From Puniceicoccales bacterium (GTDB taxonomy: Bacteria > Verrucomicrobiota > Verrucomicrobiia > Opitutales > JAIRLM01): a DNA stretch of 61,695 nt. Where the stretch lies: NCBI GenBank assembly GCA_031282685.1, contig JAITDG010000028.1, positions 1 to 61,695 of the forward strand, read 5' to 3'. Every line of letters starts with the position of its first letter. Position 1 is the stretch's first letter. Of the stretch, positions 1-9,142 are shown piece by piece. The notes beneath the pieces are model-generated. The model was not told the origin of the DNA, ran no database searches, and saw nothing but the letters and a program-made list of their open reading frames with translations. The position numbers and the translations under genes were made by a program.

Positions 1-3000
1 CTCGAGAAAAGCGTTCCCTATGAAATTTACAGCAAAGCGCTGGCGGACATAGACAGCGGCGCCTCTTCCGTCTTTGACGCCCAGCCGCCGGGAGCCGCCG
101 GACCCGTTTCCGTCGCCGATATCTATAGCCAACAGAAAAAAAGTGGTGGATCGCCCCGAAAAAATCGATCTCTCGTGGATGCCGCTGGCCTCTTTAAGCA
201 CCTGAAAAATAGGGAGGTTGCGCAGCAATTGCGCAGCCACTTCGCTGAGGACGAGTCCATCAAGGGTTTCGCCTTCTTTGAAGGAACTTCTTGGTACGTG
301 CTCAAGAGGGACGGGAATGCCGTTGAACTTCCGAATAACAGCGAAGAGGCAGTTTTTAGGGCCACCGGAATAGATCGGGAAGGTCTCTTCGTATTTTTCT
401 CTCAAGCAAATAGCACTGGGACGGACTTTAAACTTTCCCTGGATGGGACCTCCGTAGTCACGGTGGATGCTAGTAGAACTTCGAATTCGCTGCTTCAGCA
501 GGCCATCCTCCGCTTACGGCAATTCTTCGATAGGCAAACCGTCGACATTGCCGTGGTCGGTGACTCGTCCGCACCGGCACCGACTGCCATGGGACCGCAT
601 ATGATAACTGGTTTTGTCGATAGACCAGCACAGCTAATCGATAGACCAGCACAGCTAATTCAAACACTGCCGGCAAAACATAGATTGGCTATGCACAATA
701 GATATTTGTCCATCGTCACGCAGACGGAAAAAAATCAATTGGAGCAAATTGAAGCGCGAAAGTACGAGTGCTTCGTAAAGGAAGCCCAGAGCGCCTACCT
801 GTGTCTCGTGGAGCACAAAATCTCCGACATAAAAAAGCAGATAAAAAAGGCCGGCCAGTCGCAGTTACTAGAAAAACAGCTGACTCTATTGATCAAATGC
901 CTAGAGGAGCTTTGCATACGCAAAAGACAATTCGACCCGGTAAAACTCTACGCGCCCGAAAAGGTATTGATGTCAGCGGAAACGGCCTTCAACGCGGAAT
1001 TGGCTAAAATGAAGAAAAGGCTGGAGAACACCATTGGCACCGATGACTACAGATTGCTCCTAGAAAGTGACGCCAACGAGCTTGCCCGCAGGTTTACCGA
1101 CGCGAGGAAGGATGATCTGAAGGCAATTGGGCAAGTGTCCGTCTTTCCGGAAGGCGCCGGCGCTGAACTGGGAGTACAAGCGCAAGCGGAGACGGAAGCG
1201 GATACGAAAGCGGAAATGGAGACGGTAGCAGTTTCACAAACTCAAACCGCATCGAGTGTAAATAGTACCATATTGAAAAACGCGACTCCAGCAGTGGAGC
1301 GCTTTATTCCACCAGAATCCAAGGGGATCATTCCGGTCAGTGCATTTGCCGCTGCCGTACTAGATAAATATAAAGGAGAAATTTTTAAAATCGCCCTAAC
1401 AAATCCCACGGTAGTAAAGAAACATTTTAATACACTCATAGCCATGCTCAATCCTACCAGCTGGGATGCCGTATTTGATTCAGTGCAGTGGCACGATGAA
1501 TCTATTCGCGCAATCTTAGACGCCCGCTTCCTTGAGGCCTTAGCAGAAAGCGGATGCCAGGTCGGAGACAGTAAAGAAAAAGTAATCAGATTTCTCAAAG
1601 AACTGGAAGAAACAAACATTCCCAAAACGGATATGGGGCCTGCAGAAATCTCGATAAGAATTCATAATCTACTTGCAAGTACAAAAGAAAGATCGGCAGA
1701 TGAGCTAGCGACTATCCTTTGGCCAGACAGACCGAATGATGGGTGGCGCAGTTTTGTAACTGAAAGTGATTGGGAATTGTGTAAAAGGGCATTTTTTGCA
1801 TTACCCAAAATTACACGTTCAAGTACAGATGCTGGTGCCACACTTGATGGGAACGATATTTTCTTTGTTGGTGCCATATTATTAAATATTGCGAGCCGCT
1901 GCGGTAGTAGCAGCGAGCTTTTTATAAAAGCGTTCCTTCCGTTTGCCCGCATGCTTGAAGGACAAATATTTCCTCCAGAAGTGACGAACAAATTTCGCCG
2001 CCTAGATGCGCAGCTGGCGATAGAGCCGGAACCGGCCGCTCCACCGGAGACTACCGCCCTGAGTCTCAAAGCGCTATTGAAGCAAGGAAATTTAGAAAAA
2101 ATGCTATCCTACGCCAGTAGTAAACTTATGGATAAATTCGGCGGAAACATTATTACTACCATTACTACTAGTGGGACTGCCATCACTTTTATCGATAAGT
2201 TCGTAAAGATTTTCGACAGAGGAAATTCTTTTTCTGCGAGAAAGCTCATTGGTCAGGGAGTGAGATCGGCTTTTAGTATAGGTGAAAGTGGAGGGATGAC
2301 TGGATTTATCACGAAGATTTTCGATGGAATCGCTATGCCGGACAGCCTGACTCCGGAAATGAAGACTGCGCTCGGCAATCTGTTCACTATCGACCTTCCC
2401 GAACTCCTTTTCAGTCTCGAAATTCTACCGCAGAATGAGGCAAAACTCCTAGGCGCAATCGCCTCGCTGGCCGTCGCCGAATTTCTGCCACCGGAATCCA
2501 AAGCCGGAGACAAATTCGAAGAAATTATCATGGGTTTGGCTAACACGGAAGTTACTATGGCAAACGGCAAAAAAACAACGATGGTAGACCCCGCCGCCGC
2601 CGTCGCTCTCACCAAAGAAATGCTAAGGCCATTAACGGCGATTACTAGGTCGGACTACATTGAAACGGAAATAGCAGCGGAAATTAGCGGTAAGCGCACT
2701 ACACATGCCCGTCTCAAGGCTGAATATGACACGCTCATGGCGCAATCAGGAAAATTGCAACATCCGAGAGGATCGATCCAGCAGGCACAAGTAGACGTAG
2801 AAAATCTTAAAAGGGCCACTGATTCGGCATTCAGCATACTTAAAGGCGCACAAACTATCGCGAACAGCGTGAAAAAATTAAATGGAATCAAAGAAATAAA
2901 AAAAGGCGTGGATGGAATTAGTGATAAACTTTACGACTCTATTAAAAGTCTACTTTCGAAAAAAAATACCGTACTAGAATCGAGTAATGTGTTGAAAATT

Positions 3001-4287
3001 GAATCTAAAGGAAGAATTAAAGCCATATCTATGAATGATGTTCTTACGGAAGTTTTCGGAAAAACAAATGATATTACTAATATACCAAAAGCAATGGTCG
3101 AATGCGAATTCATCATTAAAGGCGATGCTTCCCGAGAAGAAAAAGAACTCGCAATGCTAAAATTGGAAGTTGCAAAAGCTTGGATTGAAACGTTAGACAA
3201 AACTGACCAAGCCACTATCACTGGCTTGGTTGATAACGCGAAAAATCTGCAACAACTTAATGCGACTCTTAGTGCCAGAAAAACAAGAGCTGCGGAGCTC
3301 GAAACGGCAATGGAGCCCTTCATTGCGCCGAAAACCTTCTTTGGGAAGCGCAGGGATTTCAGATTCGACGAAGATCGAATAAAACGTGAAGCGGAAGAGC
3401 AATTTGCACCAATTGCTGCGGCACTCGCCAAGACGACAAAACTATTCATTTCCCCATTCCTGGATGCCGTAACCGAATCCGTAGGCGGAGTTACGCTTCT
3501 GGCCGTCGGCCAAAAAACTTTTTCGAAAATGAAAGACAATATCTGGTCCGACAACGGAGAAGAGCCGACAAAACTAGAGGAAATATCTCTTCCCGAATGG
3601 TTTGCCAATGCAACGAACGGTGATCCGGAGCTGAGGGGAGGCGAGGCAATGTTTTCGAGTAATGTCGTGATTTCCGGATTTTTCCGAAATCAGCTGCGCG
3701 TACTCGGTCCCGACGGAAAAGTGGACAGTGTCGCAACGTCTACCCTAAATGACCCATCGTCAAGGATCTCAGTTCACCCAGCCAGCATGCTTGTCGTCGA
3801 CACGCGGACGGAAGAGGAAATCAAGAACAAAGCCGTGCCAAAAATGAAAGCGCTATTTCTGACGGACAGCGAAAAAGAAAACGTTAAAAAGCTCATCGCG
3901 GACGGAAATCTGAGCAATTGCCATCTCTTCGACGCGGACGGCAATCCGGAGGGCGTCAAAGCTCCCTGGCAGGACCTCCAGGGAGGAGGAGAGGCTGTTA
4001 CCCTTGACGCAAAAAGCCAAGAGATCCTCGCCGATTGCCGAAGAGTGCATCAAGCGGCAACGCAAGTGGCAAAAAATGCGGCCATCCAAATGCGCATCTA
4101 CAACGGGGAAGGGACGCAGGAAGAACTGGAGCAGGTCATCGGTAATGTGCCGCCAGGATCCCGTGAATCATGTATCACTCTGGCACAGACCATCATGAAA
4201 GAGAAAACCGGACAGGATGGGACGATAAATTGGATTGAACTGCGTTCCCGTCTGACGGAACCGGCGGCAAGGAGGGCCGCCGCCTAG
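1..4287 (+). CDS. Large hypothetical coiled-coil-rich protein, 5'-partial (at least 1,428 aa); candidate secreted or host-interaction protein
   Basis: Frame 1 is open from nt 1 (LEKSVPYEIYSKALADIDSG...), so the GTG at 175 in the ORF track is only the first in-window start. Long charged helical stretches (for example KKQIKKAGQSQLLEKQLTLLIKCLEEL, LKAEYDTLMAQSGKLQ) are present. I recognise no enzymatic motif. G+C is visibly lower than in flanking pgk. Stop is TAG at 4285-4287. Confidence 0.75.
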   Translation, partial: LEKSVPYEIYSKALADIDSGASSVFDAQPPGAAGPVSVADIYSQQKKSGGSPRKNRSLVDAAGLFKHLKNREVAQQLRSHFAEDESIKGFAFFEGTSWYVLKRDGNAVELPNNSEEAVFRATGIDREGLFVFFSQANSTGTDFKLSLDGTSVVTVDASRTSNSLLQQAILRLRQFFDRQTVDIAVVGDSSAPAPTAMGPHMITGFVDRPAQLIDRPAQLIQTLPAKHRLAMHNRYLSIVTQTEKNQLEQIEARKYECFVKEAQSAYLCLVEHKISDIKKQIKKAGQSQLLEKQLTLLIKCLEELCIRKRQFDPVKLYAPEKVLMSAETAFNAELAKMKKRLENTIGTDDYRLLLESDANELARRFTDARKDDLKAIGQVSVFPEGAGAELGVQAQAETEADTKAEMETVAVSQTQTASSVNSTILKNATPAVERFIPPESKGIIPVSAFAAAVLDKYKGEIFKIALTNPTVVKKHFNTLIAMLNPTSWDAVFDSVQWHDESIRAILDARFLEALAESGCQVGDSKEKVIRFLKELEETNIPKTDMGPAEISIRIHNLLASTKERSADELATILWPDRPNDGWRSFVTESDWELCKRAFFALPKITRSSTDAGATLDGNDIFFVGAILLNIASRCGSSSELFIKAFLPFARMLEGQIFPPEVTNKFRRLDAQLAIEPEPAAPPETTALSLKALLKQGNLEKMLSYASSKLMDKFGGNIITTITTSGTAITFIDKFVKIFDRGNSFSARKLIGQGVRSAFSIGESGGMTGFITKIFDGIAMPDSLTPEMKTALGNLFTIDLPELLFSLEILPQNEAKLLGAIASLAVAEFLPPESKAGDKFEEIIMGLANTEVTMANGKKTTMVDPAAAVALTKEMLRPLTAITRSDYIETEIAAEISGKRTTHARLKAEYDTLMAQSGKLQHPRGSIQQAQVDVENLKRATDSAFSILKGAQTIANSVKKLNGIKEIKKGVDGISDKLYDSIKSLLSKKNTVLESSNVLKIESKGRIKAISMNDVLTEVFGKTNDITNIPKAMVECEFIIKGDASREEKELAMLKLEVAKAWIETLDKTDQATITGLVDNAKNLQQLNATLSARKTRAAELETAMEPFIAPKTFFGKRRDFRFDEDRIKREAEEQFAPIAAALAKTTKLFISPFLDAVTESVGGVTLLAVGQKTFSKMKDNIWSDNGEEPTKLEEISLPEWFANATNGDPELRGGEAMFSSNVVISGFFRNQLRVLGPDGKVDSVATSTLNDPSSRISVHPASMLVVDTRTEEEIKNKAVPKMKALFLTDSEKENVKKLIADGNLSNCHLFDADGNPEGVKAPWQDLQGGGEAVTLDAKSQEILADCRRVHQAATQVAKNAAIQMRIYNGEGTQEELEQVIGNVPPGSRESCITLAQTIMKEKTGQDGTINWIELRSRLTEPAARRAAA
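619..660 (+). repeat. Perfect-but-one 21-bp tandem duplication inside the large CDS (encodes DRPAQLI x2)
   Basis: gatagaccagcacagctaatc (619-639) is followed directly by gatagaccagcacagctaatt (640-660). The duplication is in frame. Confidence 0.95.
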
Positions 4288-4342
4288 TGCCTAAGGACTT
4301 GACGAAAATTCTTCGGCACACAGCCTCCGGCGGTAACTAACC

Positions 4343-5545
4343 ATGAGACGGCTACAGACGGTCCAGGACGTGAACCTGCGGGAGAAGCGCGTGCTCCTGC
4401 GGGTAGATTTCAACGTGCCCATCGACGGGGGCCGAGTGGCTGACGGCAGCCGCATCCGCGCGGCCCTGCCCACCGTCCGGTACCTGCTGGAACAATCGAC
4501 AAAAATTGTCCTGATGAGTCATTTGGGGCGCCCAAATGGACAAAAGAATCCAAAATATTCCCTCCGACCCGTCGCCCAGGAACTCTCCGCGATGTTGAGC
4601 CGACCCGTACTTTTCCTCGACGACTGCCTGGGTCCGGACGTGGCGAAGACGATCGACGAATTGGACGAGGGCTCCGTCGTCCTGCTGGAGAACTTGCGCT
4701 TCTACGGCGGGGAGGAAGCCAACGACCCGAAATTCGCGGCGCAGCTGGCCAGCTACGGCGACGTGTTCGTGAATGACGCCTTCGGCACGGCCCACCGGGC
4801 CCACGCGTCGACCGTGGGGGTGCCGGCCCTGCTGCCCGTCAAAGTGGCCGGATTTTTGATGCAGAAGGAATTGGAGTTTTTGGGGGACAGGACCGCCAAT
4901 CCGGAACGGCCCTTTGCGGTGATCCTGGGGGGTGCCAAGGTGAGCGATAAGATCGGCGTCATCGACGCTCTGCTGGACCGCTGCGACCGCATGCTCATCG
5001 GCGGCGCCATGGCCTACACCTTCCAGCTGGCCCGCGGAGAATCGGCCGGGAATAGTCCCGTGGAGCCGAGCCGCACCGAAGACGCCGTCCGGGCTATCCG
5101 GAAGGCGAAGGAAAAAGGCGTGGAACTACTCCTCCCCACGGACAATCTCTGCACGGACCACCTCGACTTTGCCCAAAAAAAAGTTGGAGAGCTGCGGACC
5201 GTCGCCGGGCCCATTCCGGCCGGCTGGCAGGGGGTAGACATCGGGCCAAAAACCATCGGCGCCTTCGGCGGGGCCATCGGCGGCGCGAAGACGGTCCTCT
5301 GGAACGGGCCCATGGGCGTGGCGGAGATCCCCTCCTGCGCGGGAGGCACCTTCGCCGTCGCCAAATTCATCGCCGACTCCAAAGCCCTCTCCATCGTCGG
5401 CGGCGGGGACTCCATCGAGGCCCTCAACCGCAGCGGCCGGGCCGACGATATTTCCTTCATCAGCACCGGTGGCGGCGCCAGTTTGGAATTTCTAGAGGGG
5501 AAGGAGCTGCCCGGCGTCGCAATTCTAAACTGGACGACAGCGTAA
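4343..5545 (+). CDS. pgk: Phosphoglycerate kinase
   Basis: 400 aa with an ATG start. N-terminus VLLRVDFNVPIDGG, SHLGRPNG, and C-terminal STGGGASLEFLEGKELPGV are classic PGK signatures. Confidence 0.95.
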   Translation: MRRLQTVQDVNLREKRVLLRVDFNVPIDGGRVADGSRIRAALPTVRYLLEQSTKIVLMSHLGRPNGQKNPKYSLRPVAQELSAMLSRPVLFLDDCLGPDVAKTIDELDEGSVVLLENLRFYGGEEANDPKFAAQLASYGDVFVNDAFGTAHRAHASTVGVPALLPVKVAGFLMQKELEFLGDRTANPERPFAVILGGAKVSDKIGVIDALLDRCDRMLIGGAMAYTFQLARGESAGNSPVEPSRTEDAVRAIRKAKEKGVELLLPTDNLCTDHLDFAQKKVGELRTVAGPIPAGWQGVDIGPKTIGAFGGAIGGAKTVLWNGPMGVAEIPSCAGGTFAVAKFIADSKALSIVGGGDSIEALNRSGRADDISFISTGGGASLEFLEGKELPGVAILNWTTA

Positions 5546-5551
5546 GCGAGC

Positions 5552-6058
5552 TCAGCAGAGGGGCCCGTCTTCCTGTGGCCTTTGCTTGGCTTCCCTAGCG
5601 GCCTTCCTAGCGGCCTTCATTCGGCGAGCGCGCTCTTCGACCGCTTTTCCTTTTTCTGCGAGGCGTTTCGTGCTAGCTTCCCCGAGGGGGTCGATGCGCC
5701 GATCGAGCTGCCACGGATTTTTCTTTAGCTCAAGAATTTCTTCCTCCAGTAGCCTATTGAGAAGGTTGAAATCGCACTTGCTTCCCCAATAGTCCAAATT
5801 GCACAGCGATGGCGGCAGCCTGAAGCGAAGGTACTGTTCGAAGTCCCGTCTACTGACTAGCGGGGAACCGTTAAAAAGCCACCAAAGATCATTTTGCACC
5901 TCAGGACTAGCCTGTACGAGACGGTTTCCCAATTCTTCAAGCTTTCTCGGCGCATTCGCAGCGACGAAATAGTAGATGCCACTCTTTTGATCGCAGATAA
6001 GGCGCTCATTCGGACGTCTTGGGCCATTCATGGCGAGCCCAATACTCCTCCAAAGCAC
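5552..6058 (-). CDS. Hypothetical protein; possibly the C-terminal part of a TGA-interrupted longer gene extending to 6394
   Basis: 168-aa ORF with a GTG start, protein-like composition and a basic helical C-terminus (KAVEERARRMKAARKAAREAKQ). It is in the same frame as ORF 6125-6394, separated by one TGA (see findings). Confidence 0.4.
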   Translation of the reverse strand: MLWRSIGLAMNGPRRPNERLICDQKSGIYYFVAANAPRKLEELGNRLVQASPEVQNDLWWLFNGSPLVSRRDFEQYLRFRLPPSLCNLDYWGSKCDFNLLNRLLEEEILELKKNPWQLDRRIDPLGEASTKRLAEKGKAVEERARRMKAARKAAREAKQRPQEDGPLC

Positions 6059-6532
6059 TCTGTCAATATAATTCTTATTCGACTGGCCCGGTCGAAGACA
6101 GAGCGAGCACTCCGCCCGGAGGGCTCAGCGGGTGGCCATTTTCCGCTTTTCGGCAACGCTATCCTCGCCGAATGGCGGCGACGCAGGACGAGCGCCATCC
6201 GCTCCCTTTCCTGCCAAATCAATGGCCGCTCCCCTGTCACCGCTCTGTCTGAGAAGAGGAATCTCGTCCTGGATGTCGCAGCTATTGTCCGAAAACCAGC
6301 CCGCCATTGCCACGCCGCGCGGGCGCTCTCCCTCGGCAAAGAGGTTCCTGGGGTCATAGATAGCACTCGCAGGCGAGCCACTCAGTCGGTCCATGGCCGC
6401 AGCTTACTTTGCCCCATTTTCGAAGCAATGGAATTTTTCCCAGAAAAATGCTAAGTCGTTGCCAGTGAACTGAAAAATACCGATACCTCTCCGCGGACCG
6501 CCGGAAAGATTTTTTAGTTGCGAAAGCTCAGA

Positions 6533-6850
6533 ATGTGTGCTAAAAATGAGAAGGCCGTGGGGATTAGCCGTAGTGTCAGTCCATCGACTTCCTTGTGGTT
6601 CTTCGCGCTTTTGGCGACTCCCTTCCTAAATTTTTTTCTTCTAACCGCCTCCCACCGAGCCAGATATCGCCATGACCTGGGTCGGCAGAACACGCTGCTG
6701 GCGAAGCAAATGGAATTGAAAGAGCAGGCAGGCGAGCTAGAGGATTACCTAGGGCGCTTTGCCCGCGACGGCGACTTCCGCCGGAGAGTCCTGCGGGAGT
6801 GGCTCGGCTACGCGGATAGCGGGGAATACGTGTACGTTTTCGAGGAGTAA
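6533..6850 (+). CDS. Septum formation initiator (FtsB/DivIC-like) protein
   Basis: One N-terminal TM segment (LWFFALLATPFLNFFLL), a short coiled coil (LLAKQMELKEQAGELEDYL) and a C-terminal REWLGYADSGEYVYVF that resembles the FtsB/DivIC ...LGYVKPGE.V motif. An alternative TTG start lies at 6518. The stop is 3 nt before the next gene. Confidence 0.55.
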   Translation: MCAKNEKAVGISRSVSPSTSLWFFALLATPFLNFFLLTASHRARYRHDLGRQNTLLAKQMELKEQAGELEDYLGRFARDGDFRRRVLREWLGYADSGEYVYVFEE

Positions 6851-6853
6851 GGA

Positions 6854-8287
6854 ATGACAAATCGCGGCAAATTAAAGGTAGAGAATTTGAAAGAAGTCCT
6901 GTCCCGCAATAGCCAGGACCACGTTCTCAGTTTTTTGGAGCAGCTGAGCCCAGAGGAACAGCGAACTCTTCTGAGCCAGCTGGAAGGGATTGATATTTCC
7001 TTCTTCCGGCGGGAGATCCTGCGGCTGCGGCGGCCAACTGCCGACGGCGGTCGGCTCCGACCGGCCCCCTGCACGCTGCTGCCCTCTTCTCCGACGGAAG
7101 AGGATAACTGGGAAAGGGCCTACCGGACCGGCGAAGAGACGATCCGGCGGGGCGAAATTGCCGTAGTGACGATCGCCGGCGGGCAGGGATCCCGCTTTGG
7201 CTCTGTCAGCTGCAAGGGCTTCGTCCCCATTACGCCGGTACGGGGGAAGCCGTTCTTTCAACTTTTCGCGGAGCGCATTCTGGCCGCCGAGGCCCGCTAC
7301 TCCATCAGCATTCCCTGGCTCATCCTCGTTAGCCCGGAGGGTAAAAAGGAGGCGATAGAGTTCTTTTCGAAGAGGGACTTTTTTGGACTGAAGGAGGTGC
7401 ACATTTTCAGCCAGGGCCAGATGCCCCTCATGGACCGGGACGGGAAGTTGATCCTCTCCGCCCGCACGTCCTTCGCCACCCACCCGGACGGCAACGGCGG
7501 GCTGCTCCTGGCGCTGAATGGCAATGGCCTGTTCACCACGCTCGCGCGGCTGGGGATAAAGCACCTATCTTCCCATCCGGTGGACAACCCGCTTGCCCTG
7601 CCCCTCGATCCCTATTTCGTCGGCTTCCACTTACTTACGCAGTCTCAGATGTCCTGCCGCTGCGTACGGAAGGCCTATGCGGGCGAACGGATCGGCATTT
7701 TTGCGGAGTCGGGCGGCAAGTTGCGCGTGATCGAGCCGCCGGACCTGCCGCCGGAGTGCGCCTCGGCCATGGACGTATCGAATCGGCTCCGCTTCGGCCA
7801 ATCCAATGCCTCCCTCCATCTCTTTGAGATCGCTTTCCTGGAACAATTTTCTCGCCCAGACTCGGATGGGCGGCGCCGGGATCTGCCACTCCACATTTCC
7901 ATGAGAAAAGTTCCCTTCCTCAACGACGCCGGCCACCTGGTCCTTCCGACCGAACCCAACGCGCTGAAAATGGAGCGCTCCATCTCCGACCTGCTGTCCT
8001 TTGCGGACCGGGCCCTTCTCCTGGAGGGGCGGCGGGAGGAAATTTTTAGTCCCGTAAAGAATCAGCTGGGGCTGGATTCGCCGGAGACTTCCCGCCGGGA
8101 CCAGGTCCGCCTCTTTGCCAACTGGCTGGCACTTGGGAAGGTGGACATGCTCCGCGACGAGGGCGGCACGCCGCCCTTCGCCATCGAAATTGCCCCATCC
8201 TTCGCCGACTCCGCCCGGGAATTCCTGGCCAAATGGTCACGCCTGGAATGGCGCCCTGCCGTGGTGGAAAATTTCTATTTAGAATAG
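6854..8287 (+). CDS. UDPGP-family sugar-1-phosphate uridylyltransferase (UDP-N-acetylhexosamine pyrophosphorylase-like, eukaryote-type UAP1 fold)
   Basis: 477 aa. GAGGAG lies upstream of the ATG. N-terminus QDHVLSFLEQLSPEEQRTLLSQLEGID, nucleotide-binding IAGGQGSRFG and HPDGNGG are the hallmark UDPGP (UAP1/AGX-like) motifs. Confidence 0.75.
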   Translation: MTNRGKLKVENLKEVLSRNSQDHVLSFLEQLSPEEQRTLLSQLEGIDISFFRREILRLRRPTADGGRLRPAPCTLLPSSPTEEDNWERAYRTGEETIRRGEIAVVTIAGGQGSRFGSVSCKGFVPITPVRGKPFFQLFAERILAAEARYSISIPWLILVSPEGKKEAIEFFSKRDFFGLKEVHIFSQGQMPLMDRDGKLILSARTSFATHPDGNGGLLLALNGNGLFTTLARLGIKHLSSHPVDNPLALPLDPYFVGFHLLTQSQMSCRCVRKAYAGERIGIFAESGGKLRVIEPPDLPPECASAMDVSNRLRFGQSNASLHLFEIAFLEQFSRPDSDGRRRDLPLHISMRKVPFLNDAGHLVLPTEPNALKMERSISDLLSFADRALLLEGRREEIFSPVKNQLGLDSPETSRRDQVRLFANWLALGKVDMLRDEGGTPPFAIEIAPSFADSAREFLAKWSRLEWRPAVVENFYLE

Positions 8288-8355
8288 GTAAAATTCTAAT
8301 CCTAGGGAATTAGAGCTTGACGTCGTAGCAGGACCGAAAGAGGGTCCGCCCCGCA

Positions 8356-8997
8356 ATGGATAGCGCTACAACACAAGCAACTCAAAATCACGGACAAAGG
8401 CCGATGGCTAGCCACTACGGCCGCCCCGGCTACGAAGGCGAAGAAGGCTACCGCCGGGAACAAGCCGGCGCCGGGATGCCTTACGGGCAAGCCTATTGGG
8501 GAGATTATGGTCAACCCACACCGCCTCCGTTTGGACCCGGCTACCAGCAGGGCTATTTCGGCCAACCTTACGACTACGGTCAGCCCTATTTTGGAGGCTA
8601 CGGCCAGCCCGCACAGCCACCGTTTGGATTCGGATACCAACAGGGCTACCCCGGCCAACCCTGGGCCTACGACGCGCCATCATCTCCTTGGGAACTGCCT
8701 TATGGGGACGGAGTGCTTATTTGGGCTTCCCGCAGAGCGATTTCTGATGTGGTCGGTATGGTACATTACTTTCTTGCCGCCGAATCCTACCGCAGGCACC
8801 AATTTTCCTTGGAAGAGATGGCCCGGTACCGGCCCCAGGACGGACAAAACGGCGGACAGGTACCTCCCCCAAACCATCCGAGAGGTGACCTACACCATGG
8901 GGCAAACCCAGGTGCAGGCTTTCCACCCCCTCCTCAGGCGGAAGCCAGTCCAGGCGATGGGCAAACTTTTGAAGTCCCCCTCTATGAGACCGTGTGA
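8356..8997 (+). CDS. Hypothetical protein with a Q/G/Y/P-rich low-complexity repeat region
   Basis: 213 aa. It contains two 63-nt repeats (8506-8568 and 8599-8661) encoding YGQPTPPPFGPGYQQGYFGQP and YGQPAQPPFGFGYQQGYPGQP. It is followed by a strong terminator. Confidence 0.6.
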   Translation: MDSATTQATQNHGQRPMASHYGRPGYEGEEGYRREQAGAGMPYGQAYWGDYGQPTPPPFGPGYQQGYFGQPYDYGQPYFGGYGQPAQPPFGFGYQQGYPGQPWAYDAPSSPWELPYGDGVLIWASRRAISDVVGMVHYFLAAESYRRHQFSLEEMARYRPQDGQNGGQVPPPNHPRGDLHHGANPGAGFPPPPQAEASPGDGQTFEVPLYETV

Positions 8998-9026
8998 GGT
9001 CAGCCCCAGTCTACAGGGCGGGATCG

Positions 9027-9078
9027 GCGGCCGGCCCTGCGTGCGGGCGTTAGTTCGCCGCGGGCCGGCCGCTTTTTT
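9027..9078 (+). terminator. Rho-independent terminator
   Basis: The 11-bp GC stem gcggccggccc (9027-9037) pairs with gggccggccgc (9062-9072), followed by tttttt (9073-9078). It sits 30 nt after the stop at 8997, in the convergent gap before trxB. Confidence 0.75.
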
Positions 9079-9142
9079 AGGTGCGCCGGGAAGTCCCGCC
9101 GTGTCCGGCCGGCCAGGGCGGGGAAAAATTTTGCCAGTTTGT

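Noticed and set aside
6872-7564. Long antisense or out-of-frame ORFs overlapping well-supported genes. Examples are 6872-7564(-), 12065-12694(-), 16812-17543(+), 24270-25157(+), 33803-34744(+), 45257-46231(-), 49118-50182(+) and 53040-54329(+).
   Set aside because: All lie inside genes with unambiguous family motifs on the other strand or frame. Their translations are Arg/Pro/Gly/Ala-rich, as expected for stop-poor frames in high-G+C DNA.
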